Of a stretch of 64,000 nucleotides of DNA, positions 24,939 through 35,900 are shown one piece after another. Numbering within the stretch: the first letter of the stretch is position 1; every line of letters starts with the position of its first letter. This DNA comes from Tubulanus polymorphus (Eukaryota > Animalia > Nemertea), in NCBI RefSeq assembly GCF_964204645.1, contig NC_134031.1, positions 6,138,001 to 6,202,000 of the forward strand. Reading direction: 5' to 3'. Under the pieces are notes generated by a model. The model saw nothing but the letters and a program-made list of their open reading frames with translations. It was not told where the DNA came from and searched no databases. A program made the position numbers and the translations under genes.

Positions 24939-27221
24939 CTGTATATTCGGTAACAGTCTTTAATATTTCGAACGAAAATGATAAATTCTACCTAGAAAAT
25001 GAAAGAAAGAAAAACTAGTGTAGGTCAAGTTCAGTTATGCCTACGTCACTTTTCCAAAGACGACTTTTTGGCAATCCATCAATCAATACAGTGTAGATAA
25101 TAAAATGGATCTGTTTTTAAGTTTATCTGCCCATCTTAGAATCCTCTCAAGATCAGTTGATTTGATAAACACATAAGGTTGAGTTAGAGATAACCAAAAG
25201 GGACACCTAGACTGCAATTACTCTATCATGCTAATTACACTCATCTTGAGAATTTGCTAGTCACACTTTCAATCTAGTCAAACTACCCAAAGAATTGTTA
25301 CCTTTACATCGAACCCTCAAATTCTACCAAAAATGAAACAATTACGTGAACCCTTACTGTTGGATACTTCATCCTCAGGCTCCCTACATATCTTAAGCAG
25401 AAAATTTCAAGTTTTGAAGAAGCATCTGCATCACTTTCATATCCCAATTACTGATATCCTAGTACTGTACATTTTGGTAAACTATTAATTCAGCGGTATT
25501 ATAAGCAAATTTTTATAGTTTACAGTACCATTGGTTTCCTAATTCAGTACACTGCCTATAGATAAAAATATTACCCAACAGTACCAAATGAGGAGTAGAA
25601 AATTTCTAATTGCCTTCTCCTCGTTAAATTGAAGGAGTTTGGGGCATTTTCGTACACAAAAGGAGTAAGTTTCAAAGCACCTTTGAAAGCATTTTCCATT
25701 TACTTTTAGGAGTTTTACACGAATCAAGGAGTTGTAGGGGACCCGGGGGACTGCACTTTTCTAGCCGTTGTGTCCCTTGACTTATGTTTGTATAACCTTA
25801 CTTATATAGACACTTATATAACATTACCATTAATTAACATTTTTTGACGCCTTATAAAACGTTACCATTATGAAACCTAAACAATGCTAACCATTCAGCC
25901 GTAAATCGATGTGCAAAACGTCACAGGTCTATGTGTACACAAACAAGCTATCTGGCAAAATATTATTGACATAGATGTAGAATGGCTTCCTGTGATTATA
26001 TAATGACCTATATTTGAACGTCGAAATGTTATATTGCATTGAATATCATTAGAAGACGTATTGTGATAGTAAAGGATGTATGATTATATCAGAAGCGGCA
26101 GGCATAAATAGAAATGATAAGTAAATCGGATTATTCGGTTAAATGGCGGATGTATACACGATTTGGAAGTCTTATATAAAAGTCAGACCCTGACATGGGG
26201 ATGCTAGTGGAATGACGAAGCTATCTACGATCTGAGTAGGGCCGGCGTGAATTTCATCGGCGGCTACAAGCGGTCTATATAAAAACGTGTTAACATATAA
26301 TTTCAATATTCAAATGTTTTAGAAAATATGTTCGATATAAGGGGTATGCAAGTTTCATGAGATTAGCAATTTATAATAGCATAGCTGTCATATACGGCTC
26401 CGCGTCCATTGATGGCATGTGTATAAGGTGACAATTCAATTCAATACTTTATTGATCATTATAACATTGAAATTCCGGGATAAAATTTAAAAAACTTACA
26501 AATCTTAAAATAAGAAAATACAAAATACAAGACACACGGTTAATTCATACAGAATAACATGAATAAGTTCTTTAAATGACAATGTCTACTTCAACCCAGA
26601 CTCAAGTCTAGGATATCGAGTGACAGCCAAACCGGGCCCCAGGACCGGGCCGGCTGGCTACACGATATGCTCAACGTCATGACGAAGCAAACATCCAAAG
26701 AACTCTTTCTTCAACCATTGAGGTAATGAGGTTGCAAACCAGCTTAGAGGCAAAAGTGAATCGAAGTCGGTCACAAGTTGACAATTTTTTTAAAATTAGA
26801 CCAGTTGAAGACTGTATCATCTACCCAATCGCCAAATCTCATAATTCCCCAAATTTCTTATAACTTCGATTTCAAATTTGCAATTCCACATTAGCTTCTC
26901 CCAGAAATTCTACATTTTTTCGCAGGCTTCAAATAATTTATTTAAGTTAATTTTCTTGTTTATCATTACACTACAACACCACATAGTAGAAAAATGACCT
27001 AAACTGCAGTTAGACCCCTGACCATACTTTTACACTAATGTTAAGTAAAATTCTTTGGCACGCTTTAATAATTCCCTCTTCTTCAAATAAACTTTGTGAA
27101 TTGAAATTGAATTTATTCGACTCGTCCAGCCAGTTTCACAAAAGACGGAATACTCGATTGAATCGGGCCATAAATACACGAATACATTATCAAACAGCGA
27201 GATTAACATTTTCATACTTAC

Positions 27222-27340
27222 GTCGACCGTTAAATAAACCGTTAAGCGTATGGACTAACTGGTGAAATACGCGTTAAATGTTCATATTTCCAAGTTGGAA
27301 TCCTCGCATACTCGACAAGGCGTCAGCCATTTTGAATTCG
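27222..27340 (-). other. WDR33: probable non-coding exon 1 of WDR33
   Basis: Donor GAC|GTAAGT at 27221 and pyrimidine-rich acceptor TTTTCTAG| at 24992 just upstream of the ATG exon. YY1/initiator-like CAAAATGGCTG at about 27324-27334. The 5' boundary is approximate. Confidence 0.55.
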
Positions 27341-27861
27341 TTGAAAATGGAAGCGCAAGAATTGTTAATTCAGCAAATGAACTGGCGAAGCGATTACGGT
27401 AAATGAAACTAAAGTATGAACTGCATCGATTCCTGAAAGAAAGTACTCTATATGAAATACGTTTAAATTCTACTTAAAATGAATGGAATTGGATTCTATG
27501 TATATCTAATCATACCACGTTTCATGTAACGGTTTCCGCTGGTGTCTAATAAGGCGTTGAAAGCCTGTGACGGCGCATTCTACTGTCCCTCCCCGAAAAA
27601 CGAGCAATAAAAATATTTTTGTCGGTTTTTCCGGCATTAAACCTCTGAAATAAATTTATATCCGCTCATCACCTGTTTAACAAAAAAACCTACACCCAGT
27701 GCAAACCCGAGGAAATCTTCAGTTCTGTTCGTTGAGGCAGTTGATATGAAATCGTCCACTTAACAAACAAACATTTCCTGCTGATCGAACGGCAGATTTT
27801 TTTCAAACCTTCCCAGCGACTTCTTATTGTTTTAAACAGTTCATAATCTACCATTAATAAG
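27341..27861. promoter_or_regulatory. putative bidirectional promoter WDR33/SSU72 (includes SSU72 5' UTR)
   Basis: Short divergent interval between the WDR33 first exon and the SSU72 ATG; inferred from gene geometry. Confidence 0.6.
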
Positions 27862-30800
27862 ATGCCGCAGAAAATCTCATTTGCTGTGGTGTGCTCTTCT
27901 AATCAGAACAGAAGTATGGAGACCCATAATATCTTGAGGTAGGCTTTTAGTTTGCCTTACCGTTAGCCCATTCAATAGAAACCCTTTAATGATGCCGTTA
28001 TTTCGCAGACCAAAAGGCCTACCCTCTTGGTTAAGGGCAAGGAAGTTTGACTAAAAAGTTGCATTCAGGCCGGCAATTTCCAACAAGAGGATGACTGCAG
28101 ATTCACAATGATTATTCTTGACAAAACGGGCAACACCAATTGGACGCCCGAGCATCGTGGCTCCCCGAAATTGCTAATGCGACCCTCAATTAATTTCTAA
28201 ACAGAAACAAACATGTCTGCAGTCGCAACACATGTAAAACCACGGTTAACAACAGTAAATGTATTGAAACATCTGCAGTCAACATTTTATTTATCAGCAG
28301 GGGATAGTTGCTCAAAAGTTGGTTAAAGATAAATACCATAGTAACAATGAACTTTTAATTTTCACTATGCCAACTATCCTCTGGTTAACTCTAACCAACT
28401 GTTGAGCAACTGGCCCGAGAACTGTGAGAAGTATACTACGACCCTTGTCGTAATCGGCGCTCGTCACACCAATCTAGGTTAAATGAACCTATGTTTTGGG
28501 TACATTCGGTGACATAGCCTTCTCGAATTATACTCTGAAACTTTCTGATAGTTCTAATCTAATGGAATACACATCTTTAGATTCACCGCAGTTCAAGACA
28601 CTTAAAAAGTCAATTGTTCCAGTCCTGTGGGGCACATAAGAACTGTTTCTTAATACAATTTTTGTGCTATAGTACTATTATTAACATCTGGATGTATTTC
28701 ATTTCAGTAAGCGTGGGTTCAAGGTGCGATCTTTCGGATCCGGAAATCAAGTGAAACTACCCGGGCCAACTTTCGACAAACCGAATATTTACGATTTCAA
28801 CACGAGTTACGAAGAAATGTACAGAGACCTTATGAAAAAAGATAACAATTTGTATCCTTTTTGTAATCGATCACATTGGCCTCTCCCCCAACCCAATAGT
28901 CTTTGATGATTCAAGCTAGACCATTTACATAATTGATATTCTATCGCAATGTTCATACAACCTTCGGGTTGTGACCATTCATTTATTAGGTACGTATGAA
29001 ATTCTTATTTTTTTTTCAATCCCCCTGTATCTATGTAAGATACGTTCATTTAGAGCCCAGTCCTATGTATATACGTAAGAAAAAATGTATATTGTTACCT
29101 TTAAAATGAACTTGTTAATTTTATATCTTCAAACGGACATGCTTCCGTGAGACCCTTATTCTTGTACCGTCTGTCTGTGCGTCAGTCTTTCAGCTACTTA
29201 GCTTCGTTAATAGTGGGTCAATCTTGATGAAACTTGGGTACAATGTTAGTATGGGGCTCTAGTTGCACAGTGGCCGAACTAGGCCGGCACTTAAACAGTT
29301 TTTCATGATTTTAAGGATGACCTCGTAACTGAGGAATAGGGTTGAAATTCAAAATCAATTTTTCGATGAAATTTAGCTATTTGGCCTTATATACAGCATG
29401 GCTGAAATGCAATGGGAACTAACGCATGGGAATTTCAGAGTTCAAACCTTTTTCTCCCTGGGGAGAACTAACATCTGAGCAGCTGATAGGTGCTCGGGAG
29501 TCATTTATCAGACCGGGTACCCATTTTCTCCTGGGTGGAGCGAGGCAATGAGGATAAGTGTCTTGCCTTGGGACACTGCAGTAATGTACGGGGTTCGCTA
29601 TAACCATCAGTGTGCTTAAAAGCTGGAGGAAAAATCTTTCCATTTCATTCATGGAAATGACTAAATCATCAGAGATTAGAATTTAGCTTTTGGCCTAGCC
29701 GAAATGCAATGGAAACTAACACGTGGTAATTTCAGAGTTTGAACCCGAGTCAGCCTGTGTATTAATGTGTGTTTTATTGTACTTAACTGCCCGTCGCAGA
29801 TATACGCAAAACGGTATGCTACATATGTTGGACAGGAACCGAAGAATAAAAACTTGCCCCGAACGATTTCAAGGCTGTCAGGAAAGATTCAACGTTATTT
29901 TAACATGCGAGGAACGAGTGTTCGATCAGGTTTTAGAAGGTTCGTATCGAATGTGTTGACGATGTCTCGATACACATTTTCGCCAATCAACAAGTTCGAC
30001 TTTTTACCAAATCCTACAAATTCTGGGGCCACTTGATCTTAAGTCATCTTAGTGGATATCTTTATGTGCACAGCTTTAAAGCTTGTCCCTCTCCGTATTG
30101 TGAACCAATTGTCTTGTACAGTATTTTGTTGATTATAAAATTTTTGTGGAGAAAATATCATGTCTATTATACCTATCGTACTGATGATGGCTAATAGTAT
30201 ATTCATCGCTCATGGATATTGTGTTTCTTCTCGACCTGTATATCTATACTCCAACAGCATGGTAATAAATAGTTAACCAGAATATACCATTGGCAAATAA
30301 TGGGCAGGTCCAAGAGGGTTCATTATTTCTACCCTTCCTGGATAAGAGGGTAAAAAATGTAATATGTAATGTCTTTTATTGATATTGTTTATCAGCTTCA
30401 CACATTGCTAAAGTTTTAAAATCCATGAATTACTCAAAAATGTACTAATGTACCCACCATAGAAACTTCTACTTATTATAGCCCTATCAATACACCCTCA
30501 GAACGCCAAATTCTAAAATTTTCCTTTTGAATCAATGTGTGTAGTTAAATTCCTAGGTCCCAATGATTTTACTTGATTATATTTTGACAGATTTGGAAAG
30601 CCGAGAAGTGCCTTCCGATGGAAGTGGTGTATACGCTCACATAATCAACATGGATATTATAGACAATCCTGAAGACGCGACGATCGGAGCCTTTCTACTC
30701 TACGATTTATGTACAGTGGTAAGTATTCTAAGACTTACGTAAAATATGAAATTTAGGCTAAAAATATTGATACCTTGCTCTGCATAGCTTAAAAGTTGAC

Positions 30801-31398
30801 CCGGCTGGCCACCTATGTAGGCCTACCATGTACATTACTATTTTTTAAAGATCTTGATCAATTTTACCATAACAGACCCGGCAGCTATAGAAATGAACTG
30901 ATTACATATATCAGGGGTTGACTGTAGTTTAAACGATCACAGTGGCTAAAATGAAATGAAAAAAAATTTCTGTGAATCAGCTTAGAATATTATTTTTCGA
31001 CTCATCATTATTCTGGGAAGTGAGGTTCTTTCTGTGGTTCCATCCCACATCGTATAATTCCCCAGTCAGATATTCATGACGCAATTTTGAAAAGACGCTT
31101 CTAAAAGCGTTATCATTTCATGATGGCGACTCGTGTATGTTTGATACCCAAAGGTCTTAGTCCCACTAACAACCTTGTCCGACCATAACTTTTTCATACT
31201 TTTAGTTGAAAATTTCTCATTCATGGCAACCGAATTTCTGACTCTGTATTTCGAAAAATGAATCAGAAGGGAATGATCATTTCTATCGTTTTCCAGCTCG
31301 AAGACGCTGATGATTATGAGAACGACATGGACGAAATACTACAGGAATTCGAAACGCAGTGTAATCGAACAATTTTACACTCGGTGAAATATTACTGA
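27862..31398 (+). CDS. SSU72: RNA polymerase II CTD phosphatase SSU72, 5 exons, 196 aa
   Basis: Exons 27862-27938, 28708-28851, 29800-29939, 30591-30718, 31297-31398 (591 nt). Catalytic CX5R motif VCSSNQNRSME, plus VKLPGP, YTQNGMLHMLDRN, ILTCEERV and a typical C-terminus LHSVKYY*. Confidence 0.97.
28852..29799 (+). other. U12-type (minor spliceosome) GT-AG intron in SSU72
   Basis: Donor |GTATCCTTT matches the U12 consensus. Branch site TACTTAAC (29780-29787) lies 12 nt before CAG, with no real polypyrimidine tract. The junction restores NNL-YTQNG. Confidence 0.9.
29480..29600 (-). mobile_element. CORE-type SINE remnant; related pieces at about 47895-47965 and 35680-35730
   Basis: AAGTGTCTTGCC(T/C)(T/A)GGGACA is the reverse complement of a CORE-SINE-like motif; shared GGAGTCAT(T/C)TAT flank. 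Confidence 0.5.
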
Positions 31399-32181
31399 CA
31401 CGAATCGTCGATTCGCGCCTTCTTTGCGGTTTTACGAAAGTCGCTGTACTAGGTTATTAGAGACACTTCTTCGCTCACAGACACAGTTGTGAAAATCGTC
31501 GTGTGGATCATTACGCTTTATTTTGTCAATCGTGAACTGCCTTCTTCAAATTCATACCGGTAGACTCAAGTGCGTTTGCGCGGAAAATAGTCGACCAGAT
31601 GCCGAGTTATCGGGAGGAATCGGAAAATTGAAGACTTTTTGCCAAAAAGAATCAGAAAATTGAAGACTTTTTACCGACGAAATTTGTTTTTGAATTCACC
31701 GAATGTAGATTCGAACTTTATATCCGAATGATTTTAATATTTTGGTTCGGCGTTGTTTGATTATCGAATTTCTGTTATCATGGGGTTGCAAACCTTACGT
31801 AATTTTCAAGTGCGTACGTCATATTTTTACTGAATTCTGATATATTACACAATACCACCACAATAGCTATTCGAGAGCTTTCGGCATTTTAATTATTATA
31901 CAGAAGACTGTTAATTAATAGATTTTTGGTGCAGTTCATGCTATAGATTGTAGGTACATTTTTGAAGGAAATTTTCTGGGGCATGCAACAATCTGAGGCA
32001 ATTGCGGCGCTGCCAACCATCCTGATTTTCGGTATGACATGTAAATTTCGGTACAGTTGTATAACATTTAGTATTTAAATCAAACATTCAACCAAAATAA
32101 TTAATTTCCTAATTAACCTAATTAATTTCGTGCTCTATAATCATGTAATATTCGGAATGATATATGTATATTTGTAAATGT

Positions 32182-32187
32182 AATAAA
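32182..32187 (+). terminator. candidate SSU72 polyadenylation signal AATAAA
   Basis: Preceded by several TGTA motifs and followed by GT/T-rich sequence at about 32215-32235. Confidence 0.6.
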
Positions 32188-32870
32188 ATTTAAATTAAAG
32201 TTCAAAATTTGGAAGTTTTGTTTCGATGTTTGTTTTACGGTCATGAAACGATCTTGCATTCTTGGCAGTTCAACTACAGCGGAACATTGTTACCGAAATG
32301 CGATTCTTGTGGGCAGAAGTGAAGTTGTCTTGTAACTGGGACATGCTGGAAATGGTCGTAATAATAAACTGGTTCTCATATTACACAGAATTGTAGTAAC
32401 AAGGTTCAATTGTAGGATGTAAAGATTAAATGTGTGTATTTATGATACAGTAAACCAATTTTTTAATCAAACTTTTTGAGAATGGGGAAGACTGCCTTCG
32501 ACGAAAAACTCTCGACTATGAGATGATTCTGGCTTTCGAATAAAAATTAAGAAAGGTGTTCAATCTTCGTATCATGCTAAAATCACCTCGAATAACAGCT
32601 GCAGAAGTGAGGCCTAAGTACAGTGGAACCGCGTTACAACGAACTCTGATACAACGATTCACAGGATATTACAGATATAGAATTTTGTCCCAAGTAAGAA
32701 AATGTAATTAATTTCATACTGGGATATAATGAATTATCGGTTATAACGAACAGATTTTCTGGTTCCACGAAGGTTACAAGTAACAAGGTTCCTTCGTACG
32801 CAAGGAGACAATTCTCAAACATCCTTAGAAACAAATGAAAAATTTGATTTGTGGTCACAGCTCGATTCGC

Positions 32871-32876
32871 TTTATT
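32871..32876 (-). terminator. candidate C11orf98 polyadenylation signal AATAAA
   Basis: TTTATT on + 56 nt after the stop codon. Confidence 0.55.
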
Positions 32877-32931
32877 CGAATACCACGGTACGTATAGACA
32901 TCATCATTCACAAATTATCAACGCGCGCATT

Positions 32932-35900
32932 CTATCCGTCTTCAACCATTTCCACGTCCTCCTCCGTCGGATCGCTCAACTTCTTTCTACCCCTATTTCG
33001 CCTTCGTTTAGCTACTGTCGAAGGCACATGTTGAAGTTTCTCAGAAACGGAGTTCGATTCCACTGTCATATCGATGTCCTCCGTTTCCGATTTATCGCTC
33101 TTTGGTTTTTTCGTTTTGGATTTCGTTTCTTTCTTCGGTAATTCTTCTTCCACTGAAATATCGTAAGCATATACCGTAAGCATGGAGAAACTCTTAAAAC
33201 TTCGAAAATTATATTCGGTAGACTCTGACTAAACCGGTACAGTTGGGACCTTCGTTTTTCTACGGAGTTTATCATGATTAGGCGATTATCGGTTTGAAGA
33301 ACCGCAACGTGCAACTCTCTTTCCTCCGTTTTGGTTTACTAGTGATGCACTTTCGTAATGGAAACCATGGCCGATTTAGGTCATGAGTGCATATGAATCA
33401 CCCACAAGGATAGAAGATCAATAGTATCGTAAAATACAGTATGGTAGGTGAAGAGTTGTTACAGTTACGCATGGTCAAGGTAGACCTCATTGTACAATGC
33501 GTATCATAGGTAGGGCCAATTTAGATTTAGCATGCGTACTTTATGGATGAAAGATAATCAGTGTCTGGCCGTAACTCAGTACTGAGAGCAACAATTAAAC
33601 TTTCAATTGGTTTGTATTGATTATGTAGCATGACAACGCTGAAATAAATATAGCATTTATTTAAGCGTACCGTTGACTTCTGTTTAATTGTTGTAATCTG
33701 GGTAACGTTGTCTTGTGTACAGGACGCGAAGACACCGTGTCGGAATTATAAAAGTATGTGCAATGTTTATATCCGAAGGTACTAAAAGGTGATTCATTTC
33801 AATCAAGATGATAATAGAACCCATCGAGAACACTATCGTTGTGTATCACGCATATTCCATTGTTTACATACTTAAGACAGTGTGTGGATTAAGTAACGTA
33901 GATTTATTGACAGAACGCAGGACCAGTTAAACAAATGCATATGTCATGCATAGGGAAGGTAGGACCTCATATCTTTAGCCATTTCCATACGCGTACGTAC
34001 TTTATGGACCATCCCTTAACCGATTTAGGTGAAGAGTGGACAGAGTTGAAGTCAAAATTTTACCGGATAAGGCGGATTACCGAATAGAGTGATACAGGAC
34101 TAGGTGATCTATTTGTATTGAACTACAGTAACAAACGGAAATCTAATTTTTATTTTACCAAATTGAACAGATTACCGGATAGACCCGTACCAGTCTTTTG
34201 TCAGTAGAATCTGCCCGGTTTATCCGGTAATCTGTTCAAACTGGTAGAATGATAACAGATTTTGTGTCCCTACTGATCGTGGATGTGAAGAAGTCTGAAA
34301 ATTAGATTTCCATAGACAAGTGGCTGTCCAATATCAATTGTCGACAAAAACCCACAATAAAAAAAGAAAAACTATCTGGTAGTTTGACGTTTCGACTGAA
34401 ATCTATGAGCCATTTTCAAAAACTTTAAAAAGTTTAAAAAAAAAAGTTTTTGAAAATGGCTCATAGATTTCAGTCGAAACGTCAAACTACCAGATAGTTT
34501 TTCTTTTTTTATTGTGGGTTTTTGTCGACAAGTCTGAAAATCTATACACATATTTGTCCATACACGAGCGGATTAAGGAGGCGGTCTTCCCATTCAGGTT
34601 GCCCTTTTCGTTAAGACAGAGATCGCTTAAAACTATAAATTCTGCACTCATCCTTTCGGGAAATTACAAACTTTAGGATGTATTTCTTGAAAAAAATATA
34701 TAAAACCGAGGGCGGAACTCCAATAGAGGCCTTTGACTTGGCTGCTCAATCAGAGAAATGCCTTTCAATCTTCCTAGGTGCACCCCTGCTATATCGGTAA
34801 CGCACTACTGCTATAGGCGGAGTCTACTATACACTTTTGATATAGTCATTTCAATCTAGAGACATTGTTTGTAAAATAGGATTTTCATAAATGGGATAAC
34901 AGTTATTTCGTTGGTCTCAGATGATTCACATTGAGTTGATGTTTACAGTTCAAGTCAAACATCAGAAAAAAAAGTGATTCTTGCCTTCCATTTGAGATTT
35001 ATCTTTTGTTACATGTCGCAATCTTTTCAACAACTTTCTCTTCTTTTTCCCGGATAACGTTATATTTGCTCTCGCTGATGTCCTGAAAATGCAATTAAAA
35101 ATTTGTGTAAAGTGAGCTGAATAATATCAATTCGGAATATCATAACAAGGATCCCAACAGGGATGCTGCTCGGAAAGATTTGAACCAAAGGTTCCAGAGG
35201 CTGCAAAACATCGACCCAGGCCAACCCACCCCTCTGGTAGACTCCCTCTATCTGACTTACACCATCTACACCAGATTTGCTATGCGTGAATCCATAGTTA
35301 ACCAATGCGTAAACAGTGTCGATTTTGGCAGACAATAATGACCACCAGCAGTGATCTTGATTCTGACTGGGCCAGTTTTTGGGCTACAGATGTGTCTAGG
35401 GTAGATGCATGCATAAACAAAATAGCAAGACAATCCATTGAAGCGATTTCAAAACTTCCCAAAATTACTGGATTCCATCTACGGACAAATAAAGTGAATG
35501 CAATAGCCCACTGGGACTAAAGTAGACTAATAGTAATAGTAATTTGATTTCCATTGTGCCCTTTCAACTGTGACACAATGTTCAAAGAGTTTCAATCTCT
35601 ATCACTACCCCCAGCATATCTAACTCTATGTATCAGTCATCGCTCCCCGGGGATTAGTAACCTCCGAGCAGCTACTACGCGCTCAGGAGTCATCTATCAG
35701 TCCAGGTATCCATTTACTTTTGGGCGTATAGAGTTTTAAGGGACAAATCTTTTGATTTCATTCATGGAAATGACTAGATTATCAGAGAACGCCCGATTCT
35801 TGTAAGGATTTTAGGGCAGGAGTAGCCCGTCTTAACTCTATTCAGGAACCAAAACTTTATCGTGAAACCGGCAACAGGAAGAAGTTAGAAACTGACCTTC

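Larger units (their letters stand above)
34303..34529. mobile_element. Penelope-like (pLTR) insertion: perfect 89-bp inverted repeat with a 12-bp TSD
   Basis: Arms 34338-34426 and 34443-34531. AAGTCTGAAAAT is duplicated at 34291-34302 and 34530-34541. Each arm carries a hammerhead motif. Confidence 0.75.

Noticed and set aside
30181-30210. CTGATGATGGCTAA hammerhead start
   Set aside because: No closing stem II or GAAA.
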